The notes beneath the pieces were generated by a model, which searched no databases, was not told the DNA's origin, and saw only the letters and a program-made list of their open reading frames with translations. 64,000 bases of DNA from an uncultured Nitrososphaerota archaeon (GTDB lineage: Archaea; Thermoproteota; EX4484-205; JAAOZP01): positions 1 to 64,000 of the forward strand of contig CAYQCW010000009.1 in NCBI GenBank assembly GCA_964416155.1, in the 5' to 3' direction. Of this stretch, positions 36,670 through 46,920 are shown one piece after another. Positions within the stretch are counted from its first letter, which is position 1; every line of letters starts with the position of its first letter. Position numbers and translations under genes: made by a program.

Positions 36670-38004
36670 ATGGATGCACTCGACCGGTGTGTTAAAGGGG
36701 TGAGGCTTGCTGAGAGGCTTGGCGCCAGCCAGGCTGAAATAGTCGCCTCAGTAGGAAGGTCTCTCAGCCTAACGGTGGAGAGGGGTTCTGTTAAAAGTGT
36801 TGACGAGGGTTCTTCCTCCTCCTTCGGCGTTAGGGTTTACATAGGTAAGTCGATCGGCATTTCAACCTCTACGCTGCTCGATGAGGATAGGGTTGAGAAG
36901 GCTGTGAAGAGGGCAATAGCCTTGGCTAGAGGCACACCGCCGGATGATGCTTTTGTCTCCCTTCCTGGGGAAGGGAAGCCGGTGGAGGTCCAGGGGCTTT
37001 ATGACGACGCTATAGCGGCGCTGACTTCAGAGGAGCTTGTGTCGAAAGTTTTAAACGGGGTGCGGGCATTGAAGAGTGTTGATGAGACGCTTGACGCATC
37101 TGGCCGGGCCGGTCTAGACGTTTCTGAAGGCTTTATCGTGAATTCGCTGGGGGTTGAAAGGACACAGAGGTCTTCAAGGCTTTTCTTCGGCATTGAGGCG
37201 CTTAAGAAGGGGGATAATGGTGAAATCGGAACCGGGTACGATTATTTTCTAACCAGGTCCGTAGGAGACCTAAGGTTTGAAGGGGCCGGGGAGAATGCTG
37301 CGACGAAGGCTGTTAAAAGCTTTGGCGGTAAAAGAGTTGAGAGCGGCGAGTATGCTCTGATTCTCGACGAGAGGACAACGCTTGGAACGCTGGAACGCAT
37401 TATCGGCTATGGTGCGAACGCGTTCTACGTTCTTCAAAAATCCTCGTATTACTCTGGAAAACTAGGGTTAAGGGTTGCGAGTGAAAAACTGAGTGTCCTC
37501 GATGATCCTCTCTATCCTTCCGGCTGGGCTTCCTCGCCTTTCGACGACGAGGGCTACCCCTGCAGCAGGGTCAGAATCGTTGAGAAAGGATTACTGGTGA
37601 ACTATATTACTGATTCCTACACGGCTAACGCTCTGAATATTGAGAACAATGGGCATGCGGCTAGGCCGGGTTTAGCCGAGAGACCTATACCGGGCTTAAC
37701 CAATTTTCAGATAGCCCCTGGAGATTATGAGGATGATGAGCTTTTTAAAGACGTGAAGCAGGGAATATATGTTTACGACAGCTCACTCGGCCCAGTGGGC
37801 GGGTCAACAAACGTCTCAAGCCTCATCGACCACGGGTTCCTTGTCGAAAACGGGGAGGTGAAGCACCCTGTGAAGAACACTATGGTTGGAAGCACTGTTT
37901 TCGAAATGCTTCAATCAATAGACGCTGTCAGCAGGATGACGAGGAACGAGGCGGGGAGGATCGCACCGAAAATAAGGATAAGAAACGTGAGGGTGAGCGG
38001 TTAG
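36670..38004 (+). CDS. pmbA: PmbA/TldE-family protein
   Basis: DDP.......PFDDEG, N.GHA, G.LVENGE...PV; no HExxxH. Confidence 0.92.
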   Translation: MDALDRCVKGVRLAERLGASQAEIVASVGRSLSLTVERGSVKSVDEGSSSSFGVRVYIGKSIGISTSTLLDEDRVEKAVKRAIALARGTPPDDAFVSLPGEGKPVEVQGLYDDAIAALTSEELVSKVLNGVRALKSVDETLDASGRAGLDVSEGFIVNSLGVERTQRSSRLFFGIEALKKGDNGEIGTGYDYFLTRSVGDLRFEGAGENAATKAVKSFGGKRVESGEYALILDERTTLGTLERIIGYGANAFYVLQKSSYYSGKLGLRVASEKLSVLDDPLYPSGWASSPFDDEGYPCSRVRIVEKGLLVNYITDSYTANALNIENNGHAARPGLAERPIPGLTNFQIAPGDYEDDELFKDVKQGIYVYDSSLGPVGGSTNVSSLIDHGFLVENGEVKHPVKNTMVGSTVFEMLQSIDAVSRMTRNEAGRIAPKIRIRNVRVSG

Positions 38005-38125
38005 GATTCTAAAAGTGGCCGAATGAAATTGGAAAAAGTCAGGAAGACCCTGTATCCTTAAGTAGCCCCACGATTTCGAACAGATTCTGAGCGCCCTGTG
38101 CCAGTTTGTTTGCACGCCTCGCTGC

Positions 38126-38539
38126 TCAAAAAGCACTGTCGGTGCTAAGCCAGATTCTCTTAACCTCTTTAACCTTGTCAAAGTCTTCGTCTTCAGACAC
38201 TATGCTACTTGCCCCAGTCTTCTCCATCGTGGCTAAGTGTACGGCGTCGGAGGGCTTCAGATTATAGTTTACGAGATACTTCTCTATTGGCTTAAAGTCC
38301 TCCTCGTCGATGGGCACCACTCCCGTGTAAGGCAGTATGATGCTTTTTAGGAAGTCCAACGTAACGTCGTAGGCGACTCCATACTTTCTAGACACGTAAA
38401 GTAATTCATCCACAACCAGCATGTTAATGAAAAGCTGCTCACTCAGCAGTTTCTTGAAAAGCTCTTCCAAAAGCTTTCTATTCTCACTGGTCATGGTGTT
38501 CAGGTATATCAGAAAGCAGGAGTCTAGGAAAACCTTCAA
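38126..38539 (-). CDS. vapC: VapC-type PIN toxin
   Basis: VFLDS.FL, E, L.PSDA.H.A, I.SED.DFD. Confidence 0.9.
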   Translation of the reverse strand: MKVFLDSCFLIYLNTMTSENRKLLEELFKKLLSEQLFINMLVVDELLYVSRKYGVAYDVTLDFLKSIILPYTGVVPIDEEDFKPIEKYLVNYNLKPSDAVHLATMEKTGASSIVSEDEDFDKVKEVKRIWLSTDSAF

Positions 38540-38808
38540 CCTGTCTTCTCCTCGAACTCTATTTCGAGATAGATTTTTCTAAGGTCTCCCAACCTTGGAC
38601 CAGAGACACCAAGTCTCTTAATCTTCTCCAAATGCTTCCAGAGTCTACTCATCACCTCTTCTGGAGAAGGTCTCCCCCTTATGAGAACCCCCTCCTCAGT
38701 GGGTTCAATCATAACCTGTACCCCCTCCTTTATCCCATACCTGTCCCTAAGTATCTTTGGAATAAGTATCTGGCCCTTCTCCCCTACCTTCACCCTAAGT
38801 TCAACCAT
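38536..38808 (-). CDS. vapB: AbrB/MazE-type antitoxin
   Basis: VG.KGQI.IPK..R..YGI..G; 4-bp overlap with the toxin gene. Confidence 0.9.
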   Translation of the reverse strand: MVELRVKVGEKGQILIPKILRDRYGIKEGVQVMIEPTEEGVLIRGRPSPEEVMSRLWKHLEKIKRLGVSGPRLGDLRKIYLEIEFEEKTG

Positions 38809-38946
38809 AGTTGCCGAAAGTTATACTCTAGTTGGAACAATTTAAACTTTTACAACGTATGTTCACAGCATCAACACTCGCCAAGTATGTGATATCTCCC
38901 CTCTCGTCATCAGCATTCAGGAATGCCTCGCCAGCAACCATGTTTA

Positions 38947-39317
38947 CTAGCAACCATGCTCATCCAGCAGGCTCCTAATCCTCTCGGTCTGCTCCTTAGT
39001 CCTCCTGTCAAGCCATATTATGCTATTAGAGTACTTCCCGTTGGCTCCGACCGGCACCACCGCCTCCCGCTGAGAGTCTATGGCTAAGCCGACTATCCGG
39101 CTGCCCTCTACCCTCCTTTCGCGAGACTCTCCCTTATGGTCTCGACGACTGCTCCACCATTCAAGCGGGTTCTGCTCCACCCACTTGGCTGGGGCTGAAT
39201 AACCGGGTATTCCCTATAGGCTGATGCAACCCTCCTTCCGTCTAAGGTGAAGACGACCGTCTTACAGACTGAGGTTCCAAGGTCGACGCCGAGGATGAAT
39301 GGGGCTCCAGCGTCCAC
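38947..39317 (-). pseudogene. Truncated, frameshifted FGGY-family (xylulokinase-like) sugar kinase
   Basis: LGVDLGTS.CK / EQNP..WW / IDSQRE, IIWLDRR in different frames; ends after about 120 codons. Confidence 0.85.
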
Positions 39318-39468
39318 ACGAGTCTACTATCCTGCTCAAATTTATGTCTTAATCCTCTGGTGTCTAGAGATTGGTTGCGGAAGCCCGCGAAGCTTGTTAA
39401 GGGGCCCCTGGCACGAGTTTTTTCTAAACGGCTTCGAACAGGCTGTTTTCATCCTCAGGCGCGTATGC

Positions 39469-42400
39469 TTAAATCATACCCATTATACGCTTCTTTTCCT
39501 TAACCCAGAGCATCAGAATCCAGTGGACATAGTCCACCGTCCTGTCTATCATGTTCTCCGGAATCCCGGGGGCGGTTGGCTCAGTGACAAGTGTAACCCT
39601 GTAGTAGTCTTCGCCGGGAGTCTTAGTTAAGACTAGGCTGTTCTTCGTCCCATTCTTTCTCTCCATTGGCCCAAAATAATAATTGAACTTTATTTTTTTC
39701 GTTATAGTTCCTTTAGAATCCACCTTTTCCGGAATATCCTCAACGTTTTCAATCCTCTCCTTATAGCCTGTTCTCAACTGGTTTAAGTGGTCGATAAGGA
39801 AACCCATGAAGAAATCCTTCTCGCTAGCAAGTATTTTCACAGGCATACTGACGCTTCTAGCTTGGTAAACCTTGAATATTTTCTCCTTCCGCTCCTTCCG
39901 CTGCTCCTCGGTTCTTCTAACCCTCTTCACCATGGAAGGCGTGTACGTGCGGATAGCTAGGGCGGCGGGCCTTGCAGCCGAGAATACTGAGACGGCTATT
40001 GCGAAGATGAATCCAAGTGCACTCCACCACCATTCCAGTTTTTCCCTAACCATGAGGTTTTCTAAAATGTTCTGCCCTATGAAAACCATGGTTCTGTAGA
40101 AGCCTAGTCCGGTTAAGTATCCGATGCTTCCACCAACCATCCCCATTATGATTGCTTCAGCTACGAACATTAACCCTATGTGCGTCGGGTTTAACCCCAG
40201 CGTTGAAAGAATCTTTATTTCTCTCTCACGCTCATAGACACTGTTAACCATAACCATGCCTATGCTTAAGACGACTATCACCAGTGGAATCAGAAGCTCC
40301 GCAGCTCCTCCGAACTCTATGTATGAACCAATATAGTAGTAGTTTACAACGCCTTTAGACGATGCGAAAGCATCGTAGTTGAAAAAGAAAATTATGCTTC
40401 TAACAACGGCTTCCACGTCTTCCAAATCCCTCAGCCTGAAAAGGATCTCGGAGGGGACGACGAGCTGTGGAGCATTTGCACCGTAAAGCCTGTTAATCTT
40501 CTCCTGAATCCTCTTCGCGGTCTCAATATTAATAACTATTATCTCGGAACCGTTGCACCTTCTTACTGAACCGTCTTGAAGTAGGCGTGCAGGGCCAAGA
40601 GGGCTGCCGTCAACATCCGTGAGACCTCCGTATTCTTCGTCTCTAATGAAACCCTTGACCACAATTGTTTCTGTTATCGTTGTACCCGGTATTTCTAACG
40701 TAATGTTGCTTCCTATCTTCAAGCCTAGTCTGGTTAAAGTTCCAAACCCTAAGAGTGCTTCGCCATAAGTTTTGTCGCTTAAATAACTGCCTTCAACCGC
40801 CTCGTCGAGCAACGTGTAGACGGATTCATTTTCAGGTGATATGGCGAGTACACCGTAAATGGGATGACTGCTGCCGGTGGCAGGGTTTATGAGTCTGGCA
40901 ATAGGGTCATACCGTGGAACGTTTTTCATCCTTAGCGCGACGTTAATCGCAGGGACTATCTTCAAGAGGACTTCTGCATCCCCTGGTCCTAAGGGGGAGA
41001 AGATGAAGGATGAGCCGTTAACCGTTCGTTTTATGAGGAACCCGTCTGAAGAAGGGGTTCCGTCTATTCTTCTAGAGATTATTCCGAAGGCTGTTCCGAA
41101 AGTGGTGAGTGCAGTGAATGCTAAAATAAGCATGCATATTGAAAATATTGTGAAAAAGCCGCGTATCTTCTTGCGTTTTATCTGACGTTTGCTCATTGAG
41201 AATATTACCGAGATCGCGCTTCTCCATTGAACCTCCCCTTCAATAGTTCTTTCTTTCCAGATGCGTGGAATGCCGAAAACGATAATAGAAGTTATAGTGA
41301 AGGAAACAGCAGCCGTCAACGAGAAAAGAGAAAGGTTTTCATTGACTACCACGTGAGTGCCTGGGTTTATGAAATACATGATTCCCATTAATGCTACGTA
41401 GATGATGGGTAGTGAAAGAACCTTTTTCCTAGATTTTTCGAAGAAGAAAAATGCGAGCACAGTGCTGAACACTACGATAACTGCTGAAAGGTAAATCGCG
41501 TTAGTCTTTCCAACCAAATACTTATTTTCTATCGTCATAGCTACAAAATTTATTTCTCCAAGTATTTCGCGGAGCGTGAACCATGTTTTTTCAAAGTCTT
41601 CTTCCGTTTGTGCGTTTGACAGCAGGACGTTGGCTTCTATTAGCTTCTGGTTCGCATGCTGCAGTATACGCCTCTCTTCGAAAACTGTGAACCCGATTTC
41701 CTGGGCCTCGTCAACTATCGAGGAAACTCTTACAAGTGCTGATTTCACATACTCCAAACCCCTCCTAAGGCTATACTCTGATATTTTAACAGACGCGTAA
41801 CCTCTCTGAGGCATTACGAAGGGTCGAGTCCCATTCATAATGTAGAAAACCTCTGATACTCGCTCACGCTCTCTTAGTACGAGCGAAATGCTGACCTCTA
41901 TGTCGAAAGGAGCCTCGGATGGAACCGGAATCATTTTCCTGTCTAGTCCTAGATAGAAAACGTCTATTGCATCACCGTACTCAGTGATTAATGAGAAATT
42001 AAAATCCTTCTGTTTCACTATGACCCTGATTATCATGTTGCCCTCCAGAAGGCTTGATGCTTGAACGATATATGGGACGCTTTCTAATTCAACTAGTGCA
42101 CCGGGGACAAGTGAGAGGTTCACATTAATACTTCCGGTTTCTCCGATGCGAATCTCTTTTTTGACAGGGGCGAAATCCATCCTCTTTTCTTTAAGGTTTC
42201 CCTTATAGGCGTAAACCCAATAGATTCTACCGGGTTTTAACAGTTCCTCAGGAAAATCGTACTCTCCATTTGCGTTCGTAAAGTAAATGCCACGCCCCAC
42301 TTCAGGCTTTCTGGGTTCCCTTAAGTCTAGAATTATTAAAGTAGCGTTCGGAATTGCTTCGCCAGTTAAAGCATTCAAAACTTTTACGTGCATTGAGACC

Positions 42401-42564
42401 GTGGGGGAGGCTGCGGCATCGATCACCGAGCCTGTTGGAAAGGAGGTCTTGCCCGCATTTAGAGTATGCTGTTTCGTAAGACTGGTTTCAAGAGGCGGTG
42501 TAAGGAAGGCTAGCGCCAATAGTAGAATAACCAAAATCTTTTTACAGTTTACCCGATGTCTCAT
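39469..42564 (-). CDS. Large FtsX/MacB-like ABC permease-domain membrane protein with an N-terminal extracellular domain
   Basis: Signal peptide; SVYER.REI.ILS.LGL.P..I...F..EA...G..GG..GY.. FtsX motif. Confidence 0.85.
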   Translation of the reverse strand: MRHRVNCKKILVILLLALAFLTPPLETSLTKQHTLNAGKTSFPTGSVIDAAASPTVSMHVKVLNALTGEAIPNATLIILDLREPRKPEVGRGIYFTNANGEYDFPEELLKPGRIYWVYAYKGNLKEKRMDFAPVKKEIRIGETGSINVNLSLVPGALVELESVPYIVQASSLLEGNMIIRVIVKQKDFNFSLITEYGDAIDVFYLGLDRKMIPVPSEAPFDIEVSISLVLRERERVSEVFYIMNGTRPFVMPQRGYASVKISEYSLRRGLEYVKSALVRVSSIVDEAQEIGFTVFEERRILQHANQKLIEANVLLSNAQTEEDFEKTWFTLREILGEINFVAMTIENKYLVGKTNAIYLSAVIVVFSTVLAFFFFEKSRKKVLSLPIIYVALMGIMYFINPGTHVVVNENLSLFSLTAAVSFTITSIIVFGIPRIWKERTIEGEVQWRSAISVIFSMSKRQIKRKKIRGFFTIFSICMLILAFTALTTFGTAFGIISRRIDGTPSSDGFLIKRTVNGSSFIFSPLGPGDAEVLLKIVPAINVALRMKNVPRYDPIARLINPATGSSHPIYGVLAISPENESVYTLLDEAVEGSYLSDKTYGEALLGFGTLTRLGLKIGSNITLEIPGTTITETIVVKGFIRDEEYGGLTDVDGSPLGPARLLQDGSVRRCNGSEIIVINIETAKRIQEKINRLYGANAPQLVVPSEILFRLRDLEDVEAVVRSIIFFFNYDAFASSKGVVNYYYIGSYIEFGGAAELLIPLVIVVLSIGMVMVNSVYEREREIKILSTLGLNPTHIGLMFVAEAIIMGMVGGSIGYLTGLGFYRTMVFIGQNILENLMVREKLEWWWSALGFIFAIAVSVFSAARPAALAIRTYTPSMVKRVRRTEEQRKERKEKIFKVYQARSVSMPVKILASEKDFFMGFLIDHLNQLRTGYKERIENVEDIPEKVDSKGTITKKIKFNYYFGPMERKNGTKNSLVLTKTPGEDYYRVTLVTEPTAPGIPENMIDRTVDYVHWILMLWVKEKKRIMGMI

Positions 42565-42626
42565 GCTGCTGAGAGTTAACGGAAAACCTTGTTATAAATG
42601 TTGTTGAAAAACTCCAGCGTCTATTT

Positions 42627-42878
42627 ACCTGTCGAAAGCACGCGTATCAGACAACTCTAAGAACAGGTAAAAAGCCATTGAGGACTTGTTTCGCGAAAAC
42701 TTTACGTAAAACACCGTATTCTCCTGCAGTACCCAGAAATACTGTCCAAGCGACTTAAACTTTTCACCCAAATAGGCTTTAAATCGTTGCAAGGCTATCA
42801 GGACTAAAGACCCATTTTGGCTTAAAACGATTAATGTTCCAAGCCCCTGTTCACAATGGCACCGAGGTTTCGACAGGT
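42627..42878. mobile_element. Possible MITE (252 bp with terminal inverted repeats)
   Basis: ACCTGTCGAAAgCaCG (42627-42642) and CGaGgTTTCGACAGGT (42863-42878): 11 bp perfect, 14/16 overall; no clear target duplication. Confidence 0.4.
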
Positions 42879-42997
42879 GTTGAAGCGGCTAGAATCTGTG
42901 CAACCTTCTAAAGTGTTTTAAAAAGCCGTAAACCTCAGGAATGTTTCTAGAGGCATTCCGGATTAAGTTTTTAAAGCATGTTTGAAGATTTTTAACG

Positions 42998-43750
42998 ATG
43001 AGGTTTAGTTGGCCGGATGGCTTTAAAGGGGCTGTTTCGCTGACTTTCGACGATGGTTTGCCTTCGCAACTGGATCTGGGTGTACCCCTCCTAGAGGAGT
43101 TCGGCTTTAAGGCAACTTTCTATGTAAATCCTAGGGACAACTATGAGAATATTTTAAAAAAATGGAGGGGGGTTGCTGACTTTGGTCACGAAATAGGTAA
43201 CCACAGTGTTACACATCCCTGTTCCTGCAACTTTTCAGGAGACCCTTGTTGCAGAGGACTGGAGAACATGACGCTAGAGGATATTCGCCTAGACATAGTT
43301 GAGGCTCATGAAAGGATAAGACGGTTCATACCCGATGGTAGCCGGACATTCGCATACCCGTGTTACCAAACCAGTGTCGGCAGAGGCTTGAATAAGAGGA
43401 GCTACGTGCCGATCGTGGCTGAAGTCTTCCTGGCTGCTAGGGCTTCCGGCGAGAAGGGCTATTCTAATTCGCCGCTTGCCTGCGACCTGCACGAGTTATG
43501 GTCATGGTCTGCTGACCGAATGAGGTGTGAAGAGATGATGGGCTTAACCGTTAAGACTGTCTACGAGGGTAGGTGGGCCATATTCACTTTTCACGGTATT
43601 GACGAGGGACACTTGCCTGTTTCAAGCGAAGACCTCTCGGGTTTTTTAAGATTCCTATATAAGCATCGTGACGAGATATGGATCGCTCCCGTGGTGGAGG
43701 TGGCTGAGCACATAGTTAGTGAAAGAAAAAGGCTGGAACTGGTTTTCTAA
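42998..43750 (+). CDS. Polysaccharide deacetylase (NodB/CE4 family)
   Basis: SLTFDDG, ATFY, GHEIGNHS.TH, FAYP, FHG. Confidence 0.92.
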   Translation: MRFSWPDGFKGAVSLTFDDGLPSQLDLGVPLLEEFGFKATFYVNPRDNYENILKKWRGVADFGHEIGNHSVTHPCSCNFSGDPCCRGLENMTLEDIRLDIVEAHERIRRFIPDGSRTFAYPCYQTSVGRGLNKRSYVPIVAEVFLAARASGEKGYSNSPLACDLHELWSWSADRMRCEEMMGLTVKTVYEGRWAIFTFHGIDEGHLPVSSEDLSGFLRFLYKHRDEIWIAPVVEVAEHIVSERKRLELVF

Positions 43751-43763
43751 ACTATTGTTCTCT

Positions 43764-44981
43764 TTACTTCCAGAAGGACGGCGGAACTGCCTCAGGCTTC
43801 CCTTCTATTTCTAAGACGACCACGGTGTCTATCGGGTCAGGTGCGCGTAACGGTAGTCCACGTATGAACAGGCGGTCTTCCTTCTGCTCAAACCGAAGCT
43901 TTCTTCCGCTTGCCAGCATGCATGTCTTTAAAACCCTGTTCTTAATCCCGGCTATGCACATTTCTCTTCCAGGCCAGAACATAACGTGCACATACACCTT
44001 GCTACCCTTCATCGTGACTTGACCCAGATGAGGCTGAGGAAAGGGCGCAGCTCCAGCACCATATATGGACTCCCCGTTTCGCCGTAGCCATCTTCCAACG
44101 GTTCTCATCCTAGCCGCCTGCTCCGGTGGAATAGTGCCGTCTGCCTTCGGCCCAACGTTCAGCAGAAAATTCCCGTTTCCTGAGACACACTTAACCAGGT
44201 TCCTCACAAGCTGCATCGGAGATTTTAGATTCGGGTCGCCAGGATGATAACCCCACCAGAGGTCATCAATGGTCATGCATGCTTCCCAAGGCCTGTGGGA
44301 GCCTTCTATGCGTTGTTCAGGAGTGTCGAAATCCCCGGGTAATCCAGACCTGTTGTTTATTATTATTTCCGGTTGGAGACTGCGAACCATCGCGTTAAGC
44401 TGTTCGGATCCCCATGCGTCCGGGCTGTGAGGCCACCAACCGTCGTACCACAGTATATCTATCTTCCCATAATTAGTCATAAGCTCTCTAACCTGGGCGT
44501 GAACATAGTTCCGAAACTCTTTCCAGCCCTCCGGATTCTTCTCAGGCCCATCCCAATACGCTGGCCAACGCCAATCCAGCAGGGAATAGTAGAAGCCGAT
44601 GCGCATGCCAGCTTTACGGCAGGCCTCAACATACTCCGCCACGAAATCCCTTTTCGCAGCTGTTTTAACGGATGTGAAGTCTGAGACACTGCTATCCCAC
44701 AGACAGAAACCGTCGTGATGCCTCGTGGTTAAAACCATGTACTTGGTACCAGCCTGTTTAGCTAGCGCAACCCATTTGTCAGCGTCAAACCTTTTAGGGT
44801 TGAACTTTTGAGCGAGACGCGCGTACTCGTTCTTAGGTATTCGTTCACAGTACATGACCCATTCTCCACGGCTGGGAATGGCGTAGAGCCCCCAGTGGAT
44901 GAACATGCCAAACCTTGCTTCAACCCACCAGGACATCCGTTTTTCAATCGCCCCCTTATCTTCCTGACTTAAGCCTGACAT
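43764..44981 (-). CDS. Alpha-L-fucosidase (GH29)
   Basis: RFGMFIHWGLY, T.HHDGF.LW, YYS..DW, LWYDG, IINNR, LLNVGP..DG.IP. Confidence 0.95.
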   Translation of the reverse strand: MSGLSQEDKGAIEKRMSWWVEARFGMFIHWGLYAIPSRGEWVMYCERIPKNEYARLAQKFNPKRFDADKWVALAKQAGTKYMVLTTRHHDGFCLWDSSVSDFTSVKTAAKRDFVAEYVEACRKAGMRIGFYYSLLDWRWPAYWDGPEKNPEGWKEFRNYVHAQVRELMTNYGKIDILWYDGWWPHSPDAWGSEQLNAMVRSLQPEIIINNRSGLPGDFDTPEQRIEGSHRPWEACMTIDDLWWGYHPGDPNLKSPMQLVRNLVKCVSGNGNFLLNVGPKADGTIPPEQAARMRTVGRWLRRNGESIYGAGAAPFPQPHLGQVTMKGSKVYVHVMFWPGREMCIAGIKNRVLKTCMLASGRKLRFEQKEDRLFIRGLPLRAPDPIDTVVVLEIEGKPEAVPPSFWK

Positions 44982-45115
44982 TTCGACTCTACTACTTAAT
45001 ACTATCATTTAAGCCTTTGGCAACAGCGTTGTTTCAAGAACCCCACTACAACTTTTATAGTCATGTGCGTAGAGGAAAAATATTATAGCTTCTCCTTAAA
45101 CGAGAATGATAAGAA

Positions 45116-46084
45116 ATGGATGTTCTAACCATCGGCGAAATGCTTGTTGAATTCATAAGGAAGGGGAGAGATGTACCTCACTACGAGACCGGTGAGTATG
45201 CTGGTCCGTTTCCAAGCGGTGCTCCTGCAATCTTCATAGATGCTGCCTCTAGGCTCGGCTTGAAATCAGCAATAATCGGTGCTGTTGGAAACGATGATTT
45301 CGGGAGTCTTTTAAGGAAAAGACTGGCTGCTGATAATGTTGACATTACGCATGTGTTTACTCGTGCAGAATACACTACTGGAATAGCCTTCGTAACATAC
45401 TTCTCCGACGGTAGTAGGAGGTTCGTGTTTCACTTAAAGCATTCCGCAGCCGCCAGGATTAAGCCGGAGGACGTGGACGAGGATTTCGTGAAAATGTTCA
45501 AGGTTCTGCACATCATGGGCTCCACGCTCTCCATGGGAGAGGAAATCAGGGAATCCTGCTACAGGGCTGTTGAAATAGCGAATAGGGCGGGCATAATCGT
45601 TACTTACGATCCGAACCTTAGGGCTGAGCTGATAGAGCCCTGCATGATAAGTAAAATATCGAAAAAAGTTTTGGAGGCTGCTGAAATCGTAATGCCTTCT
45701 AAGACTGAACTGTTCGACCTAACTGGGAAGAGAAATCTCGAGGAGGCTTCAAAGGAGATATTCAAGTATGGAGCGAAACTATTGATAGTGAAAATCGGCG
45801 AGAAGGGCTCCATAGGTATAAGTAGACAGGAGACTGTTTTCGAGCCAGCCTACATCGTTCCAGAGGTTGACCCCACCGGGGCCGGGGATGCTTTCGATGC
45901 TGCAGCAGTATACGGCTATTTAAAGAAATGGGGGCTTAGAGAAATTCTTGAATTCGCCAATGTCGCTGGTGCACTGAAAGTTACTAGAATGGGGCCGATG
46001 GAGGTTCCAGAGGGCGTTTCAGAGGTCGAACATCTAATGAAAACATGTGGGAAAAGGGAGGTTGAAAGCGTTTTTCAGGATTAG
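45116..46084 (+). CDS. PfkB-family sugar kinase
   Basis: GAPA, G.VG.D.FG, DPN.R, VDPTGAGDAF. Confidence 0.95.
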   Translation: MDVLTIGEMLVEFIRKGRDVPHYETGEYAGPFPSGAPAIFIDAASRLGLKSAIIGAVGNDDFGSLLRKRLAADNVDITHVFTRAEYTTGIAFVTYFSDGSRRFVFHLKHSAAARIKPEDVDEDFVKMFKVLHIMGSTLSMGEEIRESCYRAVEIANRAGIIVTYDPNLRAELIEPCMISKISKKVLEAAEIVMPSKTELFDLTGKRNLEEASKEIFKYGAKLLIVKIGEKGSIGISRQETVFEPAYIVPEVDPTGAGDAFDAAAVYGYLKKWGLREILEFANVAGALKVTRMGPMEVPEGVSEVEHLMKTCGKREVESVFQD

Positions 46085-46226
46085 GTGGTTCACCTTAGGA
46101 TAGAACTAAGCCATGTAAGTCCCCCTCTTGAATCCGGTTTGCCACACGGGAACTGCAGCAGTCCTCTCTTATGTTGAGAAAATTTCAACCGTAGATTTTT
46201 AAAATAGAAGACTCTTTTCCCAGAGG

Positions 46227-46862
46227 ATGATAATTAGGAAGTTTGTAGTAGGCCGGTTGCAAACCAATTGTTACTTGCTTGTTTGTCCGGAAACACGGCA
46301 AGCCATCGTGATAGATCCGGGGTTTGCTGACGAGACCGAGGTTCAGATCATCCTTGGCGAAGCAGAGAAATATGATGCAGATATTAAGTATATTGTCAAT
46401 ACGCATTGGCATCCTGACCATACTTCTGGAGACGAATGGTTGAAGAGGGAAACCGGCGCGTTAGTTTTAATACATAAGGACGATGCACCCATGCTGATAG
46501 CCATACGGGAAGTCGAGACGTTGTTCGGCATTCAAGTTAAACCCATTACGCCTGATGCAACTTTAACCGATGGAAGCACGTTAGCTTTCGGGAAGACTGG
46601 TCTTAGGGTTATGCATACGCCCGGCCATACCGAGGGAAGCATATCGTTGCTCAACCAGCTCGCCATCTTTACGGGAGATACTCTTTTCGCGGGTTCAGTT
46701 GGAAGGACTGACCTGCCCGGTGGCTCGTTCGATAAACTCATGGGCTCGATATGGAGAAGGCTAATGATCCTTCCCGGTGAAACCAAGATATATCCGGGCC
46801 ACGGCCCATCCTCAACGATTGCAAGGGAAAAGAAGACGAACCCGTTTTTAACATCGATGTAG
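46227..46862 (+). CDS. MBL-fold metallo-hydrolase (glyoxalase II-like)
   Basis: THWHPDH, HTPGHT.GS, FTGDTLF, PGHG. Confidence 0.95.
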   Translation: MIIRKFVVGRLQTNCYLLVCPETRQAIVIDPGFADETEVQIILGEAEKYDADIKYIVNTHWHPDHTSGDEWLKRETGALVLIHKDDAPMLIAIREVETLFGIQVKPITPDATLTDGSTLAFGKTGLRVMHTPGHTEGSISLLNQLAIFTGDTLFAGSVGRTDLPGGSFDKLMGSIWRRLMILPGETKIYPGHGPSSTIAREKKTNPFLTSM

Positions 46863-46920
46863 CGGGTTTGCTAGAAATCCAAGGGAATCTAAAGTTTTGT
46901 TTTCTCATTTTTCTTGTGAG

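Noticed and set aside
46085-46226. Cobalamin riboswitch-like words (GGGAA, CCGG)
   Set aside because: Order and B12-box elements do not fit; no B12-related gene downstream
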